From positions 453,076,947-453,140,946 of the forward strand of contig NC_133618.1 of NCBI RefSeq assembly GCF_048593235.1: a DNA stretch of 64,000 nucleotides, written 5' to 3'. A program made the position numbers and the translations under genes. Each line of letters opens with the position of its first letter. Position 1 is the first letter of the stretch. Of the stretch, positions 24,101-35,400 are shown one piece after another. The stretch comes from Sminthopsis crassicaudata. Taxonomy: Eukaryota. The notes under the pieces are model-generated. The model was given only the letters and a program-made list of their open reading frames with translations, was not told where the DNA came from and ran no database searches.

Positions 24101-25317
24101 TAGCTGTTTGACCCTAGGCCAGTCATTTAACCCTGTTTATCTGTTTCCTCATCTGTAAGAAGAGCTGGAAAAGGAAATGGGAAACCTCTCCATTACCTTT
24201 GCCAAAAAACCTCCAAATAAGGTCATGGAAGAGTTAGACATAACTGAAAAGATGACTAAGGAATAACTGGGACAGAAAGAAATGACTTGCTTAAAGTCAC
24301 ATTACTGTTAAATAGAAATACACCTTCTGACTCCAAATCTAGGTCACTTTTTATTAGAGTTAAGCACTTCATACTAGCTGCCATATCTATTGGTGCTTTC
24401 CATTTTATAGACCCCTTGAAAGAGGATTTCTTACTCATTCTTGCAACTTCCCTATAAGTAAGGAGGGTTGAACTATTATCCTCATTTTACTGAGACAGAA
24501 AAAACTTCAGGGTGTAAAAGAGGAATTAACTTATTAACCTATCACACAGCTAATAAATGATACAGCAGGGAATCAAATCCAGGTCTCCTTAATCCAAATG
24601 CCACCATGCTCTTTTCATGATGCTATAGCTGCTTCTTCCATTTATAAAGGAATAGATTTTTTAAATGGCTAAGGTGTAGGGGTAAGATGAGGAAAAGCAG
24701 GGTAAAGGACCTAGGAATCTTAAAGTAGGGGAAGGGTAAAATTCTGCAAAGTGTTCATCTCCCAAAGGAAAGACTGCTCTGGAAGATAAGTCCTCAGTGA
24801 ATCCCATGGAGCTCCCCATACTCCTCCAAAGGCTCTTAATAAATACCTATTGATCCATTATTAGCCATGATACAAGAGTTAGGCTTCTGCAAAAACTACG
24901 GCATGAAGTTTTTCAATCAGATCAGTTTTGTTTTCCCATGTTCTTTCCCTCTGTTGGTTCTGTAAGTCAGCCAATAAATATTAAGCACCTTCTATGTGCC
25001 AGGTACTATGTGCTAAAAGCTGAGGACAGAGAGAGGTAAAAAGTCCCTGATCTCAAAGAGCTTAATATTTAATGGGGAGATTTAACAATGTTAGACTAAA
25101 TGATCTCTGGTCCCTTCCAGATTTTGGTCCTGTAAGTCCATAAAACCAGAGGTGTGTTCAGTCTGTAGGTCAGCCTACATGCTCTTCTACCACCCAGGCA
25201 GCAGGAGCTCTTGTTGGCCAAGCCTCTTTTTCAACTCTCCCAATATAGTCTTCCCAGCTCCCCCTATTCCTCTTAGTTTGTTCGTTCCCAAGAGCCCTGA
25301 TTCCCAAGCATATTTAC

Positions 25318-25520
25318 CTGGAGCAGCCTGTGTCAGGAGGACTAGGGAAGAGTTGTGAGTACTGGCCCTGGTCCAGATCACTCTGCCCTGACTTGGGAGT
25401 CTTGCTTCCCTACCGGGCTCCTGGGGGCAGTCCAGGGACGTAGTGCCCTAGTTCTCACATGAACAGATGCCAGACATCTGAGCAAGGTCAGTTCCAGCAC
25501 GCCCCAGCAGGGGAGGGATT
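25318..25520 (-). promoter_or_regulatory. Candidate SLC52A3 promoter and non-coding first exon
   Basis: Local GC/CpG rise, KLF/Sp box cacgcccc (25498-25505), gcaaggtca nuclear-receptor half-site (25482-25490), and minus-strand donor CAG|GTAAAT at 25318/25317. No transcript evidence. Confidence 0.35.
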
Positions 25521-26844
25521 CATAAACCATTCTCTGGGTCCCTCTGTCTTAACCCCCTCCCCTAGCTTCCCCTGTTCCTCCCCTTTCCCTTTCCCTCATC
25601 CCCCTTCCCACTCCAATGGGTGGAGATGAGGGGAGGGAGAAGCTGGGGGACGTGAAGGAGTTGGGGGAGTGCCCCTGTCACCTTGCCAGATCTACTGGGG
25701 AGGAGAAAAAGAAGCCTGGAACAAGGCGCCTGTCGAGACCTTGTCCTTCCTGTTCCTACCAAGGTCTGGAGCTAGAGGAAGGTACGGGAAGTCCACCAAA
25801 AGCTTCCTTATCCCATCTTAACTACTTGGAAGTGGACGAAAAAGCACCGGGAAACTTCTGTCTCTGTCTGCCTCTGTCTCCTTGCAGTAGACGCTAGGGC
25901 ACCTTCTCCATCTCTCCAGGTATGGGTCTCTCCTTTTACTCAGTGCTTCCTCCACCCTGGGTAACCTGAATAGCAGATTCCTGATCTCCTTTCAGGAGGG
26001 GAAAACTGGCAGCTAAGCATTAACTTGTCCCCTGTTACTTGCTTGGGGACCCAAGGAAATTGAACTGAGAATTCCAGGGTCACCTGATACCCTTGGCTAA
26101 TACTCAGGTGATAGCCTTCCCTCTAATCTACCCTCCACCCCTTTCCCTTCTTTGCCTCTCCCAGGGACTAAAGGGATTCTGGTTAGAATAGACTTCTAGG
26201 AATGTGACCTCCTGGCTAGGGATGGTTAGTTGGGAGTCAGAATTTAAAGATGATTATGAGTGGGATCAGAAAAATAAAATGAGCTGGGGTCTAAGGTAAT
26301 CTGGATTCTGGTCCTAACTCTATCTCATTTTCTCTGTGACTTTGAAAAGTCCTTTCCTCTGAGCCTTAGTTTCCCTATATATAAAATGAAATGAAATGTT
26401 GATCTAGATAGCTTATAAGGATCTTTCTAGCTCTGATAAACTATATTTTCTAAGTTCCTTTTTGTCTCTTATGTTCTATGATTGACCCTTGGGTATCAGG
26501 GCTTGAGCAAGGAAATTGAGCTTGTGATTATCTTAAACACTGTACCCCAGTGTATCTCTGGCTCCAGCTCCTGACAAAAGTTCATCAGGAAGGGTAGCAT
26601 TCTCCCCTACATTTGCCCTCTCTGAAGCATGAGGGAAACTGTCCATTCTCCAGAAAAGGGCTTTGATGATCAGAATTGGAACGGATCCTAGAATTGAGTA
26701 TGTCAGAGCTGGGAGAGACCTTAGTAGAAATATAACCAGACTACCTAGACTTGTGTCTTGAACTGCTAATTACTTGTATGATAAATCACCTAAACTCTCT
26801 CAGACTCAGTTTCCTCAATTAGAATATGAAGATTATAGATGCTC

Positions 26845-27338
26845 TTAAACTGATGCTGCGTGAAATGAGTAGGACCAGGAGATCGTTGTATACTTCAACA
26901 ACAATACTATATGATGAGCAATTCTGACGGATGTGGCCATTTTCAACAAAGAGATGAACCAAATCAGTTCCAATAGAGCAGTAATGAACTGAACCAGCTA
27001 CACCCAGCAACTATGACTATGAACCACTACACAGAATTCCCAAACCGTCTAATTTTGTCCTCCTGCGTTTTGGATTTCCTTCATAGGCTAATTGTATACT
27101 CAAAGTTCGATTCTTTTTGTACAGCAAAATAACTGTTTGGACATGTATACATATATTGTATTTAATTTACACTTTAACATATTTAATATGTATTGGTCAA
27201 CCTGCCATCTGGGGGGAGGGGAGAAGGAGGGAGAAAATTAGAACAAAAGGTTTGGCAATTGTCAATGTTGTAAAATTACCCATGCATATATCTGGTAAAT
27301 AAAAACGATTAAAATAAAATAAAAAAAGAGAAAAAAAA
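26845..27338 (+). mobile_element. 5'-truncated L1 with 16-bp TSD
   Basis: L1 ORF2 end and 3' UTR with A tail; TSD aagattatagatgctc at 26829-26844 and 27339-27354. Confidence 0.9.
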
Positions 27339-29189
27339 AAGATTATAGATGCTCATCAAGTGTTACTTCAGTGGTGATAGACTATAAGAGCTGAAAGGGA
27401 GGGAACCTAGAACACAGGTTGTTAGAGTGGGATGAGGTGTGAAAAATTATTCAGTCCCTTTTTGACAGTTATATAAACTGAGGCCCAGAGTAATTATGTG
27501 AGTGACTTTCCCAAAGTCACACAGTAATCAGAGGGATTTTTATGATTTTCAAGTACAACCTGAATCATTAATGTCTTGTGGCAGTCAAAAATCATAACTC
27601 CAGAGTCACTAATCCTCTTTCTTTTTTTATAGGTTTTTTATTTTTCAAAATTCATGCAAAACAATTTTCATCATTCCCCTTTGCAAAACCTTGTTTCATA
27701 TTTTTCTCTCTTCCTACCTACCTCCTCTCCTCCAAACATCAAGTAATCCAATATAAGTTAAACATGTGCAATTCTTCTAAACATTCTAATGCTCTTTCCA
27801 TAAGAGACTAAAACTTCATTTTGTTCCATATGGTCTTGTCTTATTGTTTACTAGTCTAAGTCAAGATCCTCATCCCCCAAGACTGCAAATTCTTTGAGGA
27901 CAAAGACCATTGTCTATATTTCTTTGTATTCTCCACAGCACCTATCAGAAGATGATATAGTCCTTGATAACAGGTTCCAGGTCATAGCCTTGGAGTTCTC
28001 AGTTGACTAGAGTAACTGGCCATGTCGAATAAAATGATGATATAGCCACTACTGGCTGACATCAGTGAACAATCATTTATTTAATGCTCACCTTGTAGAG
28101 GATATCCTGGATTTAAATCCTGGAATCCTGGATTTAAATTCTATTTCTAACTCATAGAGGCTGTAGATAAACACAAATTGGCTTAATTATTGAATAATTG
28201 CAGGAGCACAAATTTACATTGATTGGTAGGATTTGAATGTTCCTTATACCTGTGAGATCATAGACTAAAAGGACTCATAACTCTACTTGGAGACCACACT
28301 GGGGTAAGGGAAGAGAACAAGCATTTATTAAATACCTACTGTATTTAGTACTTGATCCTCATAATCCTATAAGGTAGGTGCTATGATAGTCCTCATTTTA
28401 CAGTTGAAGCAATGGAGGCAAACAAAGATTGAGTGCCTTGCCCAGGGCCACACAGCTAGGAAGTATTTGAGGTGAGACTGAACCTTTTTTATCTCCTTGA
28501 CTCCAGGCACAGTGCTTTATCCATAGTGCCCCATGAACTTCTAAAATAAATGTAATGGATTCCTAAGGGGAAACAAAACCCACATTGATTTGACAAAGGA
28601 AATGATGAAAAGAATAGTGAAGGGAGAATGGCATTAGCACTTCCAGGTCTCAAAGTACATTATTAAGTGGCAGTCATGAGTTAAAAAAATAAAGAGACAG
28701 ATCAACAGAACACTCTAAACATAGGAAAATTCAGAAACAAAAGAACTCAACGAAGTATTTAATAAAGTGAAAAACAAAACTTGCTGAGGAGAGGTGAAAA
28801 GCTGTCCATTTGATAAAAACTGTTGGGAAAACTAGAAAGCAATCTGGTAGAACTTAAGATGCTCCTCTACATTCTACAATACATTCTAACTGGAAATGTT
28901 ACCGAAATACTAAATATATTATTAACCCCCCCCCAAAAAAAAAAAACTTAGGAAAGATCATGTCTATTGTTTGTCCTTCCTTCTTAAAGAGAACCAATGA
29001 CATCAGGAGGGTGATGACTTCTAAGTGATTTGGATTTAAGTTTGGCAGAACTGGGCAAAGTCACCAGCTTTACTTTTTCCTTCAGAGGATTCATCTGTGA
29101 CTAGTGGCCAGATACAGATCAAGATGACTGGAGATGGCTCTGTATGCAGTGGGAGACCTTGGCTTAGTTAAAATCTTTCCAGGACTGAA

Positions 29190-29830
29190 GGTACACTCAT
29201 TCAGTAATTAAAATGTGGTACAGTTACTTATATTCACTCAGAGCCATCAAAATCCAAGCAATGACCAAGGAAGACTTGGACTGGAGTCTGTTGTTGGTCA
29301 ATCAGTGAGAAGCAAGGGTGATTTGAATTTAAAGCCATTTAAGAACATATTAGTGTTAAGAAATCCTGTGTTTTTTTTTCAGAGCCATATTTCAAAAAAA
29401 TCATAAATGAAAATAATCAAAGATGAGTTAATTGTCCTCAATTAAAAAAAATACAATAATGAAATGAATAAGTAGAGGGGAAAAAAAATCTAGAGCCCCA
29501 AGCTCTAAAATACATAAACATAAATATAATACAAATAATACAAAAACATAAGCAATCACAATTTACATTCCTTTAGATAGAGCACTCACATATAAGAGTA
29601 TGTTTCTCTTTGTGGACAGAGGAAATGGAGGAAGAAGAAAAGGAGCCAGCACTACCCAATTGGATCTGATCTATTGGGTCCTTCAGGGAGGCAGCTAGTA
29701 CTACTTATAGATTGTTGATCATCCTTTGTTTCAGAACTGTTTAAAAAAGACATTAGCAGGAAGAGGTCTTAATTTGCAATCAAATTGGATTTAAGTGAGG
29801 CAGTTGTGCAAAATCATCAGCCCCAGTCTC
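29190..29830 (+). repeat. Copy 1 of a ~650-bp diverged local duplication
   Basis: Colinear with 31700-32350 (e.g. ttatattcactc(a/t)gagccatcaaaa, gagccatatttcaa, agagcactcaca, ggatttaagtgag). Confidence 0.85.
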
Positions 29831-30174
29831 ATGGCAAAATGTAGATTGGAAATACTGGAGATGGCCCTATATGCAGTTGGAGACCTTGGACTTTTTAAAG
29901 CTCCGGTCTTCAGTTCCAATTGTTTAGTGATGAAGACAGCCATCTACACCCAAAGAGAAGACTGGGAACTGAGTTTGGTTCACAACATAGCATTTTCACT
30001 CTTTTTTTTTGTTGTTTGCTTGCATTTTATTCTGCTTCTCATATTTTTTCTGATTTGATTTGATTTTTCTTGTTCAGCAAGATAATTGTATAAATATGTA
30101 TGCACATATTGGATTTAACATATATTTCTACCATGTTTAACATATATTGGGCTACTTACTGTCTCGGGGAGGGG

Positions 30175-30729
30175 TGTAATAGTCAATCCTTTATTGACTC
30201 CTTCAAAGTCCTTTCTCTTTCACTTGGGGCTCGGCTAGTTTTCTGGAGGCCTTGCGAAGTCTTGGTTTCTGTGGAGAAGCAAAGGAGGAGGTGGTGTGAG
30301 ATGGGATGAATCTTTCTGAGTCCAAGCAAGGGTTTGTGCTCCAGCCTTCAGTCTGCTTGTCTCAATCTCTGAATCCAAAGGTTTGTGCTTCAGCCTCCAG
30401 CCACCACAGAGGTGGACAATGGAATGACTATGTCTCAGCTTCCGAGAGCTTCTAATGTGCTTGTCCTTTCTGGCCCTGAGAGCTTCTAGCTTATATGCAC
30501 CACACTGAGTATCACCAATCATTATATCACTAGGAAACCATTATTTGTTATAGGATTAAGTCAATGCTAAACTAGATTTAACCAGTGTCTCCTCAATTCT
30601 GTTTAGTACCTTGTTTCAAGTTCTGGCCCATAACATTATTTGTTGTAGGATTAAATAAATGCTAAACTAGATTAAATCTTTGTCTCCTCAATTCCACTTA
30701 GTACTTGTTTCAAGTTCTGGCCCATATCA
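30175..30729 (-). mobile_element. Solo LTR (555 bp) with perfect 6-bp TSD and 95-bp U3 tandem repeat
   Basis: TG...CA termini; TSD gagggg at 30169-30174 and 30730-30735; minus-strand TATA (~30490) and AATAAA (30190-30195); 95-bp repeats at 30539-30633 and 30634-30729. Confidence 0.9.
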
Positions 30730-30829
30730 GAGGGGGTGGGGGAAAGGAGACAAAAATTGGAACACAAGGTTTTTCAAGGGCTAATGTTAAATAATTGTCC
30801 ATGCTTATGTTTTGAAAAATAAAAAGCTT

Positions 30830-31637
30830 ACTACCGGGCTTATATCCCAAAGAAATACTAAAGAAGGGAAAGAGACCTGTATGTGCCAAATTGTTTGTGG
30901 CAGCCCTTTTTGTAGTGGCTAGAAACTGGAAAATGAATAGATGTCCATCAATTGGAGAATGGTTGGGTAAATTATGGTTATCAATGTTATGGAATATTAT
31001 TGCTCTGTAAGAAATGACCAGCAGGAGTAAGACAGAGAGGCTTGGAGAGACTTACATCAACTGATGCTGAGTGAAATGAGTAGAACCAGGAAATCATTAT
31101 ACACTTCAACTACGATACTGTATGAAGATGTATTCTGATGGAAGTGGATATCTTCAATATAGAGAAGATCTAATTCAATTCTAGTTGATCAATGATGGAC
31201 AGAATCAGCTACACCCAGAGAAGGAACACTGGGAATTGAGTGTAAACTGTTTGCACTATTGTCTTTCTACCCAGGTTACTTTTACCTTCTGAATCCAATT
31301 CTTACTGTACAATAAGAAATTCGGTTTTGCACACATATATTGTATCTAGGATACAATATATATATATATATATATATGTCCATCAGTTGGGAAATGGCTA
31401 AATAAATTATGGTATATGAAAATTATGGAATATTATTGTTCTATAAGAAATGATAAGCAAGCTCATCATATATAACACATTTAACATATATGGGATTGCC
31501 TGTCATGTAGGGGAGGGGGTAGAGAGAGGGAGGGGAAAATTCAGAAAAGTGAGTACAAGGGATAATGTTGTAAAAAAAAAAAAAATTACCATGCATATGT
31601 ACTGTCAAAAATTATAATTATAAAATTAATTTTTTAA
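30830..31637 (+). mobile_element. Younger L1 3' fragment (TSD aaaaagctt)
   Basis: ORF2 C-terminal segment (gggcttatatcccaaagaaatactaaag...) and 3' UTR; TSD at 30821-30829 and 31638-31646. Confidence 0.85.
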
Positions 31638-31699
31638 AAAAAGCTTTAATAAAGGAAAAAAATAAAGCTATAGTCTTTCCCAAGTCTCATTTTGAGGCA

Positions 31700-32350
31700 A
31701 CACCCATTCAGTGATTAAGGCTAGGAAAGAATTGCCTTCACAAAAAAAGTCCTTCAGAAACAATTGCTATTTATATTCACTCTGAGCCATCAAAACCCAA
31801 AGAATGACCTAGGAAGGCTTGAACTGGGGTCTATTATTGTCCAATCAGTAAAAAACCAGGGTGATTTAAAGTCATTTGAGTCCATATGGGCTTTAAGAAA
31901 GCCTGGTTTTTGAGAGCCATATTTCAAGAAACATAAATTAAAACTAAGACAAGAGAGTTAATTTGTCCCCATTAAAAAAACAAAACAAAACAAAATTAAA
32001 AAAAAAAACCCAACTAAGAACACAATGATCAATTAAATAAGTAAGAAAGAAAAATCTGGCCCCCAAATCCCAAGATATTTTGCAAATATAAACAGTTACA
32101 ATTTATATTCCTTTGGACAGAGCACTCACATGTAAGGGTATGACTCCCTATGTGGACAAAGGAAGAGAGGAAAAGAAAAAGTAACACCTGAAGTTGCACT
32201 TAGTGTGTCCCCCAGGGAGGCATCTCCTCACAGATTGTTGTTTACCCTTCATTCCAGAAGGTGACTAATGACACCTTGAGTATGATGCTTTAATTTGAAA
32301 GTGAATTGGATTTAAGTGAGTTAGAGCTGTGCAAAGACATCTCCCCACTC
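31700..32350 (+). repeat. Copy 2 of the ~650-bp diverged local duplication
   Basis: See copy 1. Confidence 0.85.
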
Positions 32351-32419
32351 TCTCCTCCAGATCATTAGAGTACAGAGGAAAAACATAGCTCAAAACAACT
32401 GGCAATGGCCATCATGTAC

Positions 32420-35400
32420 TTCTCTCAGCTATAGGTAAGAAATGTATTCTTAACCAAAGAAGGGAAAAAGGCAATGACAAAAAATAAAATGGATTGCTTT
32501 ATTTGAAACTGCAGTTTCTGTACAAACAAAATTAGCATCTTGTTTTCTTTTACTTTTCATTTTTTTTCATTTTTATTTTTAAGAATAGCTTTTTAAAAGC
32601 TATTTTCAAAATACATGCAAAAATAGTTTTTAACATTTACCCTTGCAAAACCCTGTGTTTCAAGTTTTTCTCTCTCCTTTCCTTCCACCCTCTTCTCTTA
32701 GACAAGTAATCTAATACATGTTAAACATGTGCAATTCTTCTAATTTTACTGCACAAGAAAAATCAGATCAAAAAGAAAAAAAAAAAATGAGAAAGAAAGA
32801 AAACAAAAAGCAAGCAAACAACAAAAAAAGGTGCAAATACTATGTTGTGATCCACATTCAGTCCCCATCCTCCTCTTTTTGGATGTAGATAGCTCACTCC
32901 ATCACAAACAAGTCCATTGGAATTGTCCTGAATCACTTCATTGTTGAAAAGAGCCAAGTCCATCAGAGTTGATTATCGTATAATTTTGTTGCCACTGTGT
33001 ATAATGTTCTCCTGATTCTACTCACTTCATTTAGCATCAATTCATGTAACTCTCTCCAGACCTTTCTAAAATCAGCTTGCTCATCATTTCTTATAGAACA
33101 ATAATATTCCATAATTTTCATATACCATAATTTATTCAGCCATTTCCTAACTGAGGGACATCCACTCAGTTTCTAGTTCCTTGTCTCTACAAAAAGGGCT
33201 GCTAAGAACATTTTTGTATATGTACATCTTTTTTTCCTTTTTTTATGATCTCTTTGGGATACAGCTTTAGTAGAGACACTGCTAGATCAAAGAGTATGAA
33301 TAGTTTGATAACTCTTTGGACATAGTTCCAAATTACTCCCCAGAATGGTTGGATCAGTTCATAATTCCACCAACAATGTAGTAGTGTTCTACTTTTTCTG
33401 TCATCTTAGACAATCTGAGAGGTGTGTAATGGTACCTCAGAATTCAAAATTAATATCTTTAGGATAAGCTATTATGGGGGGTAATTCTTTCTTTCTTTTT
33501 TTAAACATTTACTTTATATTTTATTTTTTCCCCAATTAACATATAAAATTTTTGGTTTCCAAATTCTCTTATTCCTTCCTTCCCATTCTCCCTGCCTGAA
33601 CAATTTTATGTAGACTACACCAATGCAGTCATGCAATACATGATTCCATATTAGTCATATTGTGAAAAAAAAAATACCCCCTTTTCCCAAAAATCAAAGA
33701 AAAATAAATTCAATAAAGAATGCTTTGATCTGCATTCATTCTTCATCAGTTTTTTCTCTGGAGGCAGATAGTATTTTTTATAAGTCCTTCATAATTGTCT
33801 AGAATCATTGTATTGCTAAGAATAGGGATCATCATACAATATTGCTGTTACTGAATACGATGCTTTTTTTTTGTTGTTCATCTCATTTCATTTTGTATCA
33901 GTTCATGTAAGTCCAGGTTTTTCTGAGAGTGTCTTGCTCGTCATTTCTTATAATACAATATTGTACCATCACAAACATATGTCCAGCCTATTCCCCAATT
34001 GATGGTCATCCCCTCAATTTCCAAATATTTACTACCAATAAAAGAGGTACTATAAGTTTTTTTTTTTTTTATATTTTCCTTTTTGTTTTTTATATCTTTG
34101 AGATACAGACCTAGTTAACATTATTTCCATGTTAAAAGGTATGTGCAGAGTTGCCTAACCCCTTTTAAGCATGGTTACAAATTAATCTCCAGAATAGTTG
34201 AATCACTTCATAACTCTACCAAAAATGCATTAGTGTCTTAATTTTCCCACATCCCCCTCAACCTTTTTTCTTTTTCTGTTATATTAGTTGATCTGATGGG
34301 TATGGAGTGATACCTCAGAGTTGTGTTAACTGACATTTCTCTAATCAATAAAAATTTAGAGCATTTTTTCTTTGTAACTCTACATAACTGTTTACTTCAT
34401 CTAAAAACTGTTCCTTTGACCATTTATCAATGGAGGAATTGCTCCTATCTGTGTAAATTTGACTCAGTTCTCTATGTGTTTGAGAAATGAGGCTTTTATC
34501 ATAGATTTTTTTCAGAGCTATGATCACTGAATATTTCCCTGCACCATTTTTGATCCTGTTTATTCTTTTTTCTGTCTTTTCTCTTTCTCTCCTTTCACCC
34601 TGTCCATCTTCATAAATGTTTTGCTTGTGATGACCACTTTTTCCAATTCTCCCTCCCTTCTATCAGCATTCCTTCCCTCTCTTAACCCCTTCCCCTCCAA
34701 CTTTTCTGTAGGATTAGATAGATTTCTATACCCAACTGAGGTTGTATATTATTCCCTCTTTGAATCAGTTTCAATGAGATTAATGTTCAAGTGCTTTCCT
34801 TATTACCAGTATCTTCTCAACTTGTATAAGCTCTTTCACATTTCCTTTATAGGACATAATTTACCTCATTCTACCCCTCACTTTTCCCTTCTTCCAGTGC
34901 ATTTCTCTTTCTCAACCATTAATTTTATTTTTTAGATAAAATTTCATCATATTTGATTAATGTCCATGTCATCTCTCTGTGTATACACTTCTTCTAACTG
35001 CCTTAATAGAAAGAGAAAGTTCTTTTTTTTTTTAAATTTTTTTTATTTTATATATATATATATATTTTTTTATAATATTATCCCTTGTATTCATTTTTCC
35101 AAATTACCCCCCCTCCCTCTATTCCCTCCCCCCGACGACAGGCAATACCATACATTTTACATGTGTTACAATATAGTCTAGGTACAATACATGTGTGTGA
35201 ATATCATTTTCTTGTTGCACAATAAACATTAGAATCCGAAGGTACATGCAACCTGGGCAGACAGATATTAGTGCTAACAATTTACATTCACTTCCCAGTG
35301 TTTCTTCAAAAGAGAAAGTTCTTAAGAAATATAAATGTTGATCATTTAAGCTTCATAAAATATCTTGGGGTTTCAGAAGTAGATTTTTTTCTCTTTCTTA

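Larger units (their letters stand above)
29903..31662 (+). mobile_element. L1 3' fragment (TSD taaagct) hosting a nested LTR and a nested L1
   Basis: taaagct at 29896-29902 and 31663-31669; its 3' UTR continues across the two inserts. Confidence 0.75.
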
